From Octopus vulgaris (lineage: Eukaryota), in NCBI GenBank assembly GCA_951406725.2, contig OX597814.1, forward strand, positions 196,354,001 to 196,418,000: a stretch of 64,000 nt of DNA. The letters run 5' to 3'. Below, in pieces: positions 39,414 to 54,159 of the stretch (positions are counted from its first letter, which is position 1; every line of letters starts with the position of its first letter). A program made the position numbers and the translations under genes. Under the pieces are notes generated by a model. The model saw only the letters and a list, made by a program, of their open reading frames with translations, did not search any database and was not told the origin of the DNA.

Positions 39414-39994
39414 CACACACATATATATATATATGTGTGTATGTATGTATGTATGTATATATCTTTATATATATATATATATATATAATACCATTTTAAC
39501 CATTGTGATAACATTTTCGTAAGTAAGATTGAATTATTTGCTAAAACATTATATAGAACGCCTAGGGCGAATAAGACAATTACCGCTCAGGTACGTACTG
39601 GACACAAACAAAAGGCTTAACCTTCCCTTAATTCAGACCGCATTTCACCTTTCATGGCTATTATTCTGTCATATAGCAGTTCCCACGTGACTGTCACATA
39701 ACCCTAATAAATAGATGCTGCCTGAAAGTGACCGATAATTCCATTACCTCACCACATGTCTATCCTCAACCAATCAATTTGTAGGTTAACCGATAGGGAC
39801 GTGAATATATTCTCTCTATAAAGGAAACGATTTTTAGAACAACTGCAGAAAAGATAGTGTGCGACTCAGCTCTACTTTGCATAAAAGTTTGAAAATCAAA
39901 TGTAAAACCGGTGAAGTATTTACATAGATACATGCTTAGATATATTAGAATCGATAAAAAAAATTCCAGTCAATATGCTGTAGGGAGTGTAAAA

Positions 39995-40029
39995 ATCTAA
40001 CGTTTCGGAAAAAATTCTTCTTCAGAGAC
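39995..40029 (-). ncRNA. minimal hammerhead ribozyme
   Basis: GUCU-CUGAAGA-AGAAUUUUUUCC-GAAA-CG-UU^AGAU; stems are weak. Confidence 0.55.
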
Positions 40030-40973
40030 AGTTGTAGGGGGAAATTAACGAGATAGCATCGTTTTACATATATTCAGTTAAAAAAGACTTGAATGTTGCT
40101 GATGGGTTTTTTTGAACTTAGAGGATATAAAATTCTGCTACCCGTCTTTAAGATTTATCAGTTGAAATTCTCCTCAAAGAAGGGTCTCCGTCTGAAATCT
40201 TGGATGTTCCATCGCTCACAGCATGTTCACTTAACAATTCTAATTGATTATACTTTATAATACGAGTCAGATCAACGCAGTCCATCACATATGCATATAC
40301 ATATATACTTGTGTTCATAAATATGCACATGCATAATTAGAGAATTGCATATGTATATTTATAATGTGTGTATAGGTGTATATATATATGTGTGTATGTG
40401 TGCGTTTGTGTGTAATGTGTTTGTATCTATATTGCATTAATATATGTTAATGACTGGAATAAAAACGTTAAAGTATAATCAGGAAGTGTATTAATTAAGA
40501 AAGGAAATATGTAGGCATTGATTTTGTTCAAAATTTCATAATTACAATTAAAATGGATGGTTCAGTCCTCGTGGATGAAACAAATGGTATGACCATTCTA
40601 TATACCTTCCTCTACTCTCTGTCTTTCTTCCCATGTGTCCACACACACACAAACCCATATGTATATACTCGCAGACATACGTGCGTCTGTGAGGGTGTAT
40701 GTATATATATATATATATAATGACTATGTCGTTAAGAAGCTTATTTCACAGCTAAATGGTTTTGCGTTCAGCTTCCCCAGGGAGAACGTCCTGTCGTACT
40801 TTTGCTACCGGTCAACTAATGTACCGTAAGTGAATATGATTTACAGAAGCTGTGCAGATATCAATCGTATACATACACACATACATAGTTACACACATAA
40901 TGGATACATAGATACACACGCACACACACATATACATTACATACATTATACATACATTATACATACATTATAC

Positions 40974-41040
<67 letters not shown>

Positions 41041-41044
<4 letters not shown>

Positions 41045-42621
41045 CATACCTCGACTCAAGTCGTTTAGATTTAAGTCGATTATATGTCAGTTTTCAAAAA
41101 TAATATATGGCAAAATAAGCATCAAGTTCAGTCATTTTACTCGACTTTTCGTCTCTCCGCCACAAATTTTGGAATCGTAAAATCACTAGAAAACCATTAA
41201 AATCACATAAAATCATGTTACTGTACAATAAATAAGAATTAAAGCATATAAAACCATATTAAAATACATACAGTAAATGTTAAGATACACACCATAAATT
41301 AGTGTAGCTTAGAGAAGAAAATCATGACATAGGCCGTGTTGTCTTATTTATCGGTCTTTGGGAGCTCATATCGCACTGTAGTTCCAATATCTGCCGTTAG
41401 GAGTCGTCACTCGTGATTCCTGCGATTGTTGTGTATTCAGATTTGTTTACGTCTGTTTATCGGTTATTTTCTCATTCTCATTCATTTGTGACTTTATTTT
41501 TGTCCCCATGGCTATTAAGAAAATTCATAGTGAAAGTGCTAAGAGTTATGCTAAAACGCTGGAAGATAAACTGGCTATGATAAAATGCTATGAAAACGGT
41601 GAAAAATTGGTAGCAATTGCACGATCTTTAGAGATGAGTCGGAGAAGTGTATCAACGATTGTAATAAGGGCAACGATTATAATAAGGTCAAGATTTCGGC
41701 ATATATCAAATCTGATGCCCCTGGGATAAAGAACACTGTCATCAATAACAAAAGAGGCAAAATCTTTGAAGAAATGGAAAGTTTTTATTTTCTGTTTGGA
41801 TTGTTAGGTTGAATCGTCAGCGTGCCACTATTTATCAATAAATCATTCAAGAATTGTCTTCTGGGAGCTAAAGAAAAATATCCAGATCAGAAAGATGTGG
41901 AGTTCAAGGAAAGTCAAGGATGGGTCATGAGAAGAAAACGGGTTTCTTCTCGCACAGAAATTTACCGTAGACGAAAATGGATAGTATAAGATCTCAAAAG
42001 AACGTGTGACCCTTATGTAGGGAGGTAATTGTGCAGGAGATTTTAACATAAAACTATTGCTTGTGCGTCACGCACACAATGCCTGTGCCCTGAAGAAAAT
42101 ACCCAAGGCACTTTTCCCTGTTATATGGCTGGCTAGTTCAAAAGCAAGGGTTACTGCTGTGGTTCTTGAAGATTGGTTCATCAATTATTTTATCACAGCA
42201 GCAGAGAAGTACTGTAAGTAGAAGGGAATTCCTTTTAAGGTTTTTACTAATCGTAGATAATGCTCCTGACCACCCACAAAACATCATAGATTTTGACACC
42301 AACGCTACCGTCGTATACCTCCCTCCTAACACCACGTTCATGAATAAAGCATCCTCGATGTACGGTAAACACCGTCAAATTGTATTCGTAAATTTGGTTT
42401 ATTCTTTTTTATTGTACTATATTAAAAAATAAAAATTATTTGTTTGTAAGCTTAAAATAGGTTTTTATCAACCATGTATTATTGAAAATGCATTCATAAA
42501 TAAAGTACAGAACTGGGAATGGTTATTATCGGTTAGAGACAAGTTAATTCGACTTGAGGCGCTTTCCGACTTAAGTCGTGTCTCCTGAAACCAATTAACG
42601 ACGTAGGGTGAGGTATGCCTG
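41041..42621 (+). mobile_element. decayed Tigger/pogo DNA transposon
   Basis: TIRs AGGCATACCTC...GAGGTATGCCTG. HTH (TLEDKLAMIKCYENG...IARSLEMSRRSVSTI) at 41508; KERVTLM..GNCAGD; LLIVDNAPDHP..VVYLPPNTT DDE segment; stops and frameshifts. Confidence 0.9.
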
Positions 42622-42624
42622 TCC

Positions 42625-42657
<33 letters not shown>

Positions 42658-42854
42658 TATATGTGTGTGTGTGTGTGCGCGTGTGTATATGCATATATAT
42701 ATATATATATGTTTGTGTGTGCGTGTATATATATATATGTGTATATATGTATATATATATATATGTATAATTCATATGTATATATATATAAATATATATG
42801 TATATGTACATGTATATATATATATATATATACATGTATGTATATATCTATATC

Positions 42855-42934
<80 letters not shown>

Positions 42935-43597
42935 TTGGTATGTGAAAGCACGTCGTTAGATTGATAAAATCCCAAAAAGAGTGAAAAACTACAGAAGGCT
43001 TCTGTCATATGGTTAAAGAATATATTTAAAAGGTTATGTTAGAAAGATATTATAACATTTTGCGTATAGTAACATAGTTTTTGGAGAAATAACCGGTTTC
43101 GTATTTTATTTTCAAATTTCTCTACCTCTATGATAGAGAGAGAAAGAACGGATGGAATAGAGGATGGAATCAGACATGCAACAGAAATCGACATAGAAAC
43201 CTTAAGGAAAGTTCAACACAGCAACCCATCTTCCCCCAAAATACTGCCTTACATATCCACATACAACCCCAGAAAAAAAAGAAGCCTTCACCATCATCGC
43301 ACAAAATTTACCAATGCTACATAAGGATCCCAAATTAAAGGAAATTTTACACATACATAAAATCATTAAAAGCTACAAACAACCGAAATCACTAAAAAAG
43401 ATCTTCACAAAGGCAAAATTATTTTCTAAAATATCGGATGCAAACGTAGAAAAATGTGGTAGACCAAATTGCGGAACATGCCCAAACCTAGAAGGATCAG
43501 AATTCCTCTTCAAAGAGGAACAAAAATTCAAAATCAAATCTAATTTTACTCGTGCTTCAGAAAACCTGATTTATGTCATAAGTTGCTCGGGCTGCCC
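42935..43597 (+). mobile_element. older PLE copy: inverted 3' end with HHR (43084-43122, minus strand) followed by frameshifted linker/GIY-YIG start
   Basis: ATEIDIETLRKVQH...CGRPNCGTCPN...ENLIYVISCSGC is homologous to 20743-21170. HHR GAGAAAU-UUGAAAA...GAAA-CCGG-UU^AUUUCUC. Confidence 0.85.
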
Positions 43598-44097
43598 GAT
43601 TCAGCAAAATGTAACCCGTTGAATGTGCACCTGACTACAAATTTGCAACAGGAGTAGATTTTATTAACTGAACAAAAAAAAAAGCTTGGTTTGTGGTCAA
43701 GAATAATTTTCTCATTCAAAAAATTTAAACAAGTGAAACATAAAATATGTAAATATGTACGTATATCTGTCTACCTGTCTGCCTGTCTGCCTATCTCTCA
43801 GCCTTTCTGCATCTATCTAGATATCTTTCTGTCTGTCTGTATACACACACACACGTGTGTGCAAGTGCATAAGTGTGTGTGTGTCTTTTTCCTTTATCTT
43901 TTATTTGTTAGTCATTGGACTAAGGCCATGATCACGCACCAACTTTATAGGTTTTAATCGAGCGAATCAATTCTATTACATATTTTTAAAGTCACGTAGT
44001 TTATTCTATCGGTAACTATTGCTGAACCAACAAATTAAAACCAAGATAATTTGCCAAGCGTTGGTGGGGGATAAACACAAACAGGAATACAGACATA

Positions 44098-44161
<64 letters not shown>

Positions 44162-44191
44162 CATACATACATACATACATACATACATACA

Positions 44192-44229
<38 letters not shown>

Positions 44230-44327
44230 GTGTTATGAAAATTTATGGAAAGGTATCCCATGAAACTCAACAAATTTGTTAAATATGCAGAAGAGAAGAT
44301 GTTAAAATTTGAAAGCACATTAGTACA

Positions 44328-44385
44328 TGCATCCTATCGTTTCGAACAGCGATATTAATTACATATCATTGCTCTCCTCAGTGCA
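44328..44385 (-). ncRNA. degenerate hammerhead ribozyme
   Basis: UGCA-CUGAGGA-GAGCAAUGAUAU...AUAUCGCUGUUC-GAAA-CGAUAG-GA-UGCA. Cleavage triplet mutated; related to 679-801. Confidence 0.55.
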
Positions 44386-44659
44386 AGAAGTATAAACAAA
44401 AAAATATTATTACAGAGGACTTGATGAAGGAAATAGTAGAGAACAATTTCGAATACACATATTTATTCTTATGAAAATTGAGAGTATCGTAATAAAAGAA
44501 TGTGATCTAGTTGTGTATATATACACACACACAACGGTCTTATTTTAGTTTCCCCTCAACCAAATAAGCTCACGTGGCTTTGGACGGCTTGGCGCTCTAG
44601 TAGTAGTTACTGGTATGTCATATGTAGACTCTTTTACGTTTTTGCTCTTTCATTGGTCT

Positions 44660-46150
44660 CAGCTCGGGAGTCGTAGCCAATGTTTGGCCCCGCTAATTGG
44701 TGACCTCACATTTACACCAGTCCTTCTTCAATAGTTAGCAGTTGGTGTCTGAGTGAGTTTGACGCTGCTGGCTTCATTTCCACTTCCTGGTGTGAAGTTG
44801 GTTCCTCTAGGACCCTGGAATGTAGGAGGCTCATTTTTGTTTTGAAGATATCTACTTCAGCTCCGCGTATAACTCTCAGGTCCTTCTGGAAGATACTGAA
44901 GAGCTGTGGGCCATTGAATCCCAGTCAGTTGCAATGTCCGGTTTTGTATTCTAATGGCAATGTTGGGACCTTTGATAAAACGTAATAACACCATGTTCCG
45001 GTGTTATATCTTCCAGCGTAAAAGTTTAGGGCAAGACCTTTCAGATCATGCAGATATACATTGTAGAGTATCTTTCCCGACTGCTTTCTCGGAACTAGAC
45101 ACATAACGTTTGAGATTTTCCAAGTAGCCAATATGATGCATTGATACTATTTTATTCCGTGGGATTCTCTCAAGTTTCGTTATTACTTTTATATAATGTG
45201 CTGACCATAATTGGGGGCTATAGTCCAGATGGCATAGGCCATATCTCGTCGATAAGAGCCACATGGTTTTTCTTTCTTTTTCTGGAAGTTCTAAGTATTC
45301 ATCCGGCCAGCTGCCTACAGTTCGTTGTGAATTTAGCAATATGCACATGGAAGTCTGTATCATTGCCCCTGTGAAAGCTACGACGAGCACTGGTTGTGAT
45401 TCTGGAACTGCAACCTCCCTCCACGGGTCCACTGTATTTGGTCTGCCCTGCATTTAAGTTTGCTAAAAACATAAGGCTTGGAACATTCCACCATTAAGTT
45501 ATAGGTTATTGTCATAAGTCCAATTGAATAATGAATCTAACTCAATTTGCAGGTGCATGATATCTTCAGAGTCCATTTTTACTTTTGAGACGTTTTTATC
45601 ATCTGCATAACTTGTGTCAGAGGCTCTCTGTGTGGCTGAGGAAATATCTGAGAGATCCATTATGAATACAAGTTTTCCCAATATATTTCGCTATGGACAC
45701 ATCATTCACTATTTGCGTTTTCTCTTTGGTGAGCCCAGTTGGCAACTACAACCGCAGTTCTATCTCTTACAAAGTCATGTAGTCACTCACTTAGTCTTCC
45801 AGGTGTGTCCATATTACGCAGTGTGTAATATGTCATTACAAAATCAACTTTACCGAATGCCTTCGCAAAGTTGAGATATATCACATCCACATTTGAGTGG
45901 TTGAGTAACTGTTTCAACACAGTCATAATGTTCTAATAGCTGTCTCAGGCAGCTTCTTCATGCTCGGAAACTATGGAAGTTGTCAATCAGCACGTCATGT
46001 TTTTTCAAGGAACGTGTTTAGTTCCCTTCTGACTATTCGCTCTATAATTTTAATAATACGTGGAGTTAGAGAGACTGGTCTATAGTTTTAGCATCCGGTC
46101 TACTGCCACCATAATGGATTGGGCAAAGCTTGTCACTTGCAGGGAAATTC
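44660..46150 (-). pseudogene. decayed CR1/L2-group LINE reverse transcriptase
   Basis: YRPVSLT (~46070), NVDVIYLNFAKAFGK (~45870), SYADD (~45605), HLDYSPQLWS; many stops and frameshifts. Confidence 0.85.
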
Positions 46151-46372
46151 TCGATGTGAGACTGTTGTAGTCTTAGTAGGGGTCGTTTGCATGATTTTTG
46201 AAGGAGTGCTGGGAAAGTTCAGGTTTATCTCGTCTACGGCCAACATCGTGTCTTACATATTATGTTTCACGCACACATATATGTATAATATATGTATGAG
46301 CGTCCAATAACACTATACTTGTTCCAAGTCCACGCGTTGTTGTGTTTTATCCTTGTGTTTTCATGTTTGGGT

Positions 46373-46424
<52 letters not shown>

Positions 46425-47466
46425 CATATTTATATATATATATGTATATATATATATGTATGTATAATATATACATATATACATGTTTCACTTAATACAA
46501 ATATACACACACACAAATATATATATATATATATATGAATGTATGTATGTATGTATGTATGCATGTATAAGTGTGTGTGTAACCGTATGCACACATATAT
46601 ACGCATTGGCACAAGCATATGAATATGTTACCCTGCAACACGTTAAGCCTGTGTGTGTGTGAGTGTAAGAAATATGATATGAGTCGTTTACGTTCTATTG
46701 AAAGCGTGAAGAGTGAATTGAAGCAAATATTTGATCTCAGCGATAATTGCCTTTGTTTTCTTTATCTGCCAGTGTAGCGGGGGGAAAGGAATAAACAGAG
46801 TTGGCCGGACTGAATGAGGCATGAAAAATAACATGCACAGAAGCTTTGAAAATAAATATTTCAATTATTTGGGTAATATGCTCGATGTAGCTATCTATGG
46901 TAATTGGAGAGAACCACTGTCTGCATTGCCGATGTGTATTTATGTACGTGTCTGTCTTCTTTGAGAGTGTTTCGTCTAATATTTGTGTATTTCTGTATAT
47001 GGCATGAATAAATCGACGCGTTACTATAACCATGAATATATGTTTGTGCTTCGACTTAAGAATGCAGAAACGCGCTGCTGAAGAATTGGCTGTTAGAGAG
47101 AAACACATATTTGTCAATAAGGAATTTTGCGTTCATTGTTTCATTCACGTTCCGATTTATATATTCTACCTGCAGGCTAGAATCCTTATCATTGGAATTA
47201 ATTATCAGGAAATATCTTTATGAGAATTCAAAGATAATCGTCTTTCGATAAATTCCATATTGTCAACACTTGCAGTCGATGCTAGTCAATAAAGTCCCAT
47301 TATTGAATAAATACTTGCAAGTTTAGAATATTTCAAATCTTGGGATATCATATAAAGAATGGACAAACACACAATATCGTATTCACATATGCACGGACGT
47401 GTGGAAAACCACACATGCATGTATACCCACGTGCCTGACATACACATACATTATCTGTATTATGCA

Positions 47467-47505
<39 letters not shown>

Positions 47506-47734
47506 CATATGTATATATACATATATATATATAGATACATATATATATGCATGTGTGTTTAGATATGTACATACATATGTATATATATACATATATATAT
47601 ACATATATATACATACACATATATATGTATATATGTATATATATGTCTGTATATATATATATATACGTATGTATGTATATATATATATGTATATATATAT
47701 ATATGTATACATATGTATATATTTATACATGTAT

Positions 47735-47768
<34 letters not shown>

Positions 47769-47784
47769 ATATTTATATAAATAT

Positions 47785-47863
<79 letters not shown>

Positions 47864-48349
47864 CTTAGAGATCCAATTGTAGGAGTGAGGGAAAATCTGC
47901 ATCGCTTTCGATAGCGGATTTAATGCAAACATGCCGTGGAGATTACAACCGCCATTATTTTCAACGGAGACAATGCTTTGGAAAGAGTCTAACACAAGTC
48001 AGGATTAATTCTCCCTCCATCTTTATCACAAACACTATCCTACACACCTCATAGCCATTGTGAAAACACCTATTATCACGAGTAATTACATCTTCTGGAT
48101 ATTCTAACCATTAGCCAAACACATACTGTCACAACAATCTCGGCCTGCAAAGCCGCCGCCATCATGAACGCCATCCACGTCAGCTTTCAACATTGCTGCT
48201 GCGCATTCATTCCCAAACACTCCACTGTGACACTATACAACCACATGCCTCTCTAATATGTTCAGCAGGTATTTATTTAGTTCCATCTATTGATTTCCCC
48301 CCCTTCCCTGATTCTCCAACTTTAATATACATATATTCATTGTCTATTC

Positions 48350-48423
<74 letters not shown>

Positions 48424-48456
48424 TATATATATATATATACACATATACATATATAT

Positions 48457-48521
<65 letters not shown>

Positions 48522-48543
48522 CATATATATATGTATATATATG

Positions 48544-48673
48544 TCAATATGTGTGCGTATATTTATGTGTGTATGCATGTGAATATAAATATTCGTGCAC
48601 ACGCACACGCATACACACACTCATCTACCTTATTTTAATATACGCATACATATTGACATATATATACATATAC

Positions 48674-48719
<46 letters not shown>

Positions 48720-48728
48720 ATATATACA

Positions 48729-48759
<31 letters not shown>

Positions 48760-48764
48760 TTATA

Positions 48765-48803
<39 letters not shown>

Positions 48804-48900
48804 ATATGTGTATGGATATGTATGTGTGTACGCATGTGAATATAAATATTCATGCTCTCACACACGCAGACACACACACACTCATCTGCCTTATTTTAAT
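48544..48900. repeat. about 100-bp direct repeat (48544-48639 / 48801-48900) around a TA tract
   Basis: Both units run TCAATATGTG...CATGTGAATATAAATATTC...CTCATCT.CCTTATTTTAAT. Confidence 0.75.
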
Positions 48901-49144
48901 TCCGTTACGCCCCAACCGCTGTTTGTATTTATCAACCTGCTGTTTATTATAAGACTTTTCCCAACGAAGACAGTCGATTGTTCGTCGTCTTCCTAAAGAC
49001 ATTTTAATATCGTTTGATTCCATTTGATAATCATGCATGATATATAATACTAGATATGATACATACATGCATATATATACATACTTCCATGCATACACAC
49101 ATATACACACGCACACACAGACACACATATATATATATATAAAT

Positions 49145-49472
49145 ATATTGTTGTAGTTAGGAATGGTCATTTTGCCAGTTTAGCCAATAAAAACACACGC
49201 ACTATATATTTGGTGTTACTTTGCTTCAGCGTTATTTATTTTTTACATTAATCTTAATCTTATTTCGGCCAGAGTTCTTTCGTCACACTCCTGTGACCGC
49301 ATCAGTGGTCCTTTGCTTTCTTCTTTCTTATTTGTGTGCCTCTCCTTACTAACGGTCAGCCATTTTGTATTTTTATTGGCTAAACTGGCAAAATGACCAT
49401 TCCTAAATACAACAATATCTGTTTCAGCACACGATTTCATATCAAAAATCTTGCAAAACAAATATATAAACG
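49145..49472. mobile_element. PLE-type insert with 49-bp inverted repeat and HHR variant (49267-49311, minus strand, CUGAUGC core)
   Basis: Arms 49145-49193 and 49370-49418. Homologous to 10165-10440; TA-flanked. Confidence 0.7.
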
Positions 49473-49521
<49 letters not shown>

Positions 49522-49557
49522 TATATATATATATATATATGGGGAGGTGTGGGGGTG

Positions 49558-49610
<53 letters not shown>

Positions 49611-50104
49611 ATGTGTGAGTGTGTGTGTACCGTATGTACATATGATTTAACCATTAAGCAGCAACTAAAGAAATGAAATTATAACAATTAATATTGCATT
49701 AGTTGATATTTGTATTTTTCAAAGAACGTAAGATAAGATATCGTAGAGTATTTATTTCGGCTCTTTACGTTCTTTGGTCAAATCTCATATGCGGTCGATA
49801 AAATGAAAGAAATACCAGTCTAATCCTGAGGAACGATGTTATCGAGTTATTCCCTGCTCATGAGAATTGCTAACCTTGTGTATGTCTGAATTCAAAATGC
49901 GATGAGCAGAATCATTAGCGTGCGGATTAAAATGCTTACATGCCTATCTTCCGACATTTTACGCTTGAGTTGAACTTTATATTTCTTTCTTTCGGACTCG
50001 AAGAAATAAAATACCATGCAAGTACTGGATCGATGTTACCGACTATAGCCCCCACCCACTAAAACTGCTGGGCTTTTACCAAATATTGAAACAATCATTA
50101 TTTT

Positions 50105-50327
50105 CCTTTCTTTTATTCGTTTGATTCATTTGACTGCAGCCATGCTGGAGCACCGCCTTTAGTCGAGCAAATCGACCCCATGACTTCTTTGTAAGCCTAG
50201 TACTTATTTTATCGGCCTCTCTTGCCGAACCGCTATATGACGGGTACTTAAAAACACCAGCATCGGTTGTCAAGCGATGTTGGGGTGACGAACACAGACA
50301 CACAAGCATACTGACGCACACACACAC

Positions 50328-50378
<51 letters not shown>

Positions 50379-50532
50379 ACGGGCTTCTTTCAGTTTCCGT
50401 CTACCAAATCCATTCACAAGGTCGGGCCGAGGCTTTAGTAGAAGACACTTGACCAAGGTGCCACGCAATGCGACTGAACCCGGAACCATGTGGTTGGTAA
50501 ACAAGCTACGTACCACACAGCCACTCCTGCGC
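50105..50532 (-). mobile_element. SINE family A
   Basis: Homology to family A. Confidence 0.85.
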
Positions 50533-50550
50533 GTGTAAAAGTATGATTAA

Positions 50551-50770
50551 GGCGGCGAGCTGATAGAATCGTTAGAAAGTCGGACAAGATACTTAGCGGT
50601 CTTTCGTCCACTTTTTACTTACGAAGATCGCATGCCGCCGAGGTTGAATTTGACTTTCATCCTTTCAAGATCGTTGAACTTAGTACCATTAGAGCACTGG
50701 GTTCAATGTAATCGAGCAGCACCCTGCTCAAAATTTCAGGCTTTGTGTTTTCAGTAGAAAAGATTATTAA
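50551..50770 (+). mobile_element. degenerate SINE family B
   Basis: GGCGGCGAGCTG head and CTTTCATCCTTTC block. Confidence 0.7.
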
Positions 50771-50779
50771 TAGTGCGTA

Positions 50780-50943
50780 GGTGTAGGAGTGGCTGTGTGG
50801 TAAGTAGCTTGTTTATGAACCACATTGTTCCGGGTTCAGTCCCACTGCGTGGCAACTTGGGCAAGTGTCTTCTACTATAGCCTCGGGCCAACCAAAGCCT
50901 TGTCAGTGGATTTGGTAGACAGAAACTGAAAGAATCCCGTCGT
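50780..50943 (+). mobile_element. SINE family A, 5' half
   Basis: Homology to family A. Confidence 0.8.
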
Positions 50944-51439
50944 GTATATGTTTATATATATATACATGGTCTACCCTTGGGCAGGTCCTATGCATATTAA
51001 CCTTCTCTGTCACTCTCTGTACGATCCAGGAGAGCCCATACCCTTCACTGTCGCCGTGAAGTAGACTCCTGGAAACATGGTCATATCATGATTGGACGGG
51101 ACGAATACTGGAGTGGTTCCCTGCTGCATTCTCCATGCTGGTGGGATTTGAACGCAGAATGCAGAGCGCCGGAAGATATTCTGTAAAGTATTTATGCCGA
51201 CATAAATTCTATCACTCTTCCACCCATTAGAGCAACGTGAAGTGATCAGTTCAAGAACTCAAGAGGCCACTCGTTGCAGAGGTGGAACCTACGATCTAGC
51301 GATCATGAGTGCAACTCCTTATCCTCTAGGCCACGCGCCTTCATACACTCAAGCACACAATCATACACACACATACACACACAAAAACATACACACACAC
51401 ACAAACATTAAAATGTATGTCCGTTCATTTTTATGTATA

Positions 51440-51602
51440 CAGTAATCCTTCGACTATCATGGGTCCCGCGAAGTAGAAACAGTATTGTGCTATGTATTTT
51501 TTGTATTATTTTTATAAATTGTATATATTTATTTCATTGTAATTGCAAAACAGCGATATGTGAACCGCGATAAGTGAACCGCAATATGGTGAAGAATTCC
51601 TG
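51440..51602. mobile_element. Tigger-type MITE
   Basis: TA-CAGTAATCCTTCGACTAT...ATATGGTGAAGAATTCCTG-TA; subterminal GTGAACCGC repeats. Confidence 0.65.
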
Positions 51603-51966
51603 TAGTTGAGTTCTTACACAGAGAAAATGCAAAAAAAAAAAAGGATTTGTTCTGTTTACTGCACTGCTGACTCTCATATTCGATTCTGAGAGACGAAAGG
51701 CAAGGTTCATTCGATTGGATTTGAGTATAAAAACCCGGAAGAAATGCGTCGCTTTAACGAATGCATCACCTGACAAGCTACAGCTGTTTACAGTATTTAG
51801 TTCTGATCTTATTTTACGAAACTGGAACGGCGGCTAGATGAAGTTAATTTCAGATGGCACAAATGGCATGAATGCTTTCCAGAAAGGTTCCTTCAATAAA
51901 GATAGCTGACGGCCCAGAAGTGTTGCGAAGTATTGATTTATGTACAAGGGAAGTATTGATCTTATA

Positions 51967-52128
51967 GGTGCAGGAGTGGCTGTGTGGTAAGTAGCTTGCT
52001 TACCAACCACATGGTTCCGGGTTCAGTCCCACTGCGTCACACCTTGGGCAACTGTCTTCTGCTGTAACCTCGGGCTGACCAAAGCCATGTAAGTGGAATT
52101 GGTAGACGGAAACTGAAAGTAGCCCGTC

Positions 52129-52174
<46 letters not shown>

Positions 52175-52408
52175 GTGTGTGTGTGTATGTGTGTATGTGT
52201 TTGTGTGTCTGCGTTTGTCCCTCCCCCACCATCGCTTGACAACTGATGCTGGTGTGTTTAAGTACCCGTAACTTAGCGGTTCGGCAAAAAGGGAACGATA
52301 GAATAAGTACTAAGTTTACAAAGAATAAGTTCTGGGATCGATTTGCTCGACTAAAGGCATTGCTCCAGCATGGCCGCAGTCACATGACTGAAACAAGTAA
52401 AAGAGTAA
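51967..52408 (+). mobile_element. SINE family A, full length
   Basis: Head, internal microsatellite and tail all present. Confidence 0.88.
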
Positions 52409-52732
52409 GGGTTTTGGCCGATCTGAGGCTGTGGGAAAATGGATCTGCTGAACGAGCAGTTTATGGAAACTGAAACAATGTGCTGCGAAGAAAATCCCTT
52501 AATCGCATGGCCTTCCATTCAGTGAATCAAATCCAAGTTCATCCTGGTGAAAACCAGGAATTCTAACAGCAAGGGACACATGGGACAACGTTTATATTTT
52601 GTTTTCAAATCTGACAAAGGTTCACTGATCATATGATTCAGTTGCAATTAGTACTTCCAGTAAGTTTACCGATCATTCCATCCTTTCAAATTTCTCGCCT
52701 AATGCGAATTCACGTCACTTTACCTTGTAAGT

Positions 52733-52880
52733 GGCGGCACAAGGGCCCAGTGGTTAGGACAGTGAACTCGCCATCGTAGGATCGTATTTTCGATTCCCAG
52801 ACTGGGCGTTGTGATTATTTATTGAGTGAAATCACCTAAAGGTCCACGAGGCTCCGGCAGGGGGTGGTGGCGAATCCTCA
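52733..52880 (+). mobile_element. SINE family C, 5' part
   Basis: GGCCCAGTGGTTAG...TTCGATTCCCAGAC. Confidence 0.75.
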
Positions 52881-53232
52881 GTGCAGCAAGTAGTCTACAA
52901 CCTCTTAGAATTAAATCTAGTGGGAATTGACTTAATTTCTTGTTGGTGGTGATAAATTAATTAATGTCAGATACTCTTCCGTACCCCTATTTTATTATGA
53001 CCATAAGCTAGCCATATCTACATTAAAAAATACATCTGAGAAGTTGTAATATAACGATATATTCAGAAGAGTTGATAACCAGAAGAAAAAGGACAAGGGT
53101 GACTTAACACCATTATCAACTAAAGGGGGCCTAAAATGGAAAAAAAAGAGGTCAAAATGGGATCCAAGTGTGGGAATAAAAAGTACGGGAAAAGATGTGT
53201 ATCCAAATTTAGCAAAATTTACGACTTATTTA

Positions 53233-53394
53233 GGCGCAGGAGTGGCTGTATGGTAGGTAGCTTGCTTACCAACTACAGATTCCGGGTTCAGTCCCACTGC
53301 GTGTCATCTTGGGCAAGTGTCTTCTACTATAGCCTTGGGCCGACCAAAGCCTTGGGAGTTGATTTGGGAGGCGGAAACTGGACGAAGCCCGTCG

Positions 53395-53462
<68 letters not shown>

Positions 53463-53670
53463 TGTATGTTTGTGTGTCTGTACCCCTCACCATCGCTTGC
53501 AAACCGATGTTGGTGTATTCATGTCCCTGTATCTTAGCGGTTCGGCAAAAGCGATCCATAGAATAAGTACTAGGCTTACAAAGAATAAGTCCTGCGGTCG
53601 ATTTGCTCGACTAAAGGCGGTGCACCACCAGCATGGCCGTAGTCAAATGACTAAAACAAATAAAAGAATA
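53233..53670 (+). mobile_element. SINE family A, full length
   Basis: Homology to family A. Confidence 0.88.
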
Positions 53671-53771
53671 AAAGAAAAGAATATTAATACATGAAAAATT
53701 TAGAAAATGATTTAGGAATCAAACAATTGAAGAAGGATAGATAAATCAACCTAAGCCATAAAAATGGGTTA

Positions 53772-54159
53772 TCTTTATATATAAAAGAAAGGTTGTGTGT
53801 CTGTCTACTCGATTTAGATTCCTAACTACTCCCACATTTTGCGGTGTAGTTTAACCAAAACCGGGTATCTTATAGTCGTGATTCATATCAAGCCCTTCTG
53901 GGTATTAGCGCGCGTCTACGATGAGTCTACGATTTAAAAAAAAAATTACCATCATTTTTTCAATTTTAATGCATCTTTTCGATAAGGGAAGTAACTCTCT
54001 AAAAATGTCTACGATGAGTCAACGATTTAAAAAAAAATTACCATAATTTTTTTTCTATTTTTTACGAATTTGTTTGGCTATTTTCGGCTATAACTCTCTA
54101 AAAATGCTTATATAGTTATTTCCCTTACAAACCCGAGCAACGCCGGGCGATACTGCTAG
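53772..54159 (+). mobile_element. non-autonomous Helitron with internal tandem duplication
   Basis: A|TCTTTATATATAAAA start, 3' hairpin and CTAG|T. GTCTACGATGAGTC.ACGATTTAAAAA unit occurs twice. Confidence 0.88.

Noticed and set aside
47074-47120. CTGAAGA...GAAAC...GTC
   Set aside because: Core words present, but stems I and II do not pair.
47895-47970. Minus-strand UUGAAAA...GAAAG with a stem II
   Set aside because: No UH cleavage site or stem I; at best a decayed motif, and not counted.
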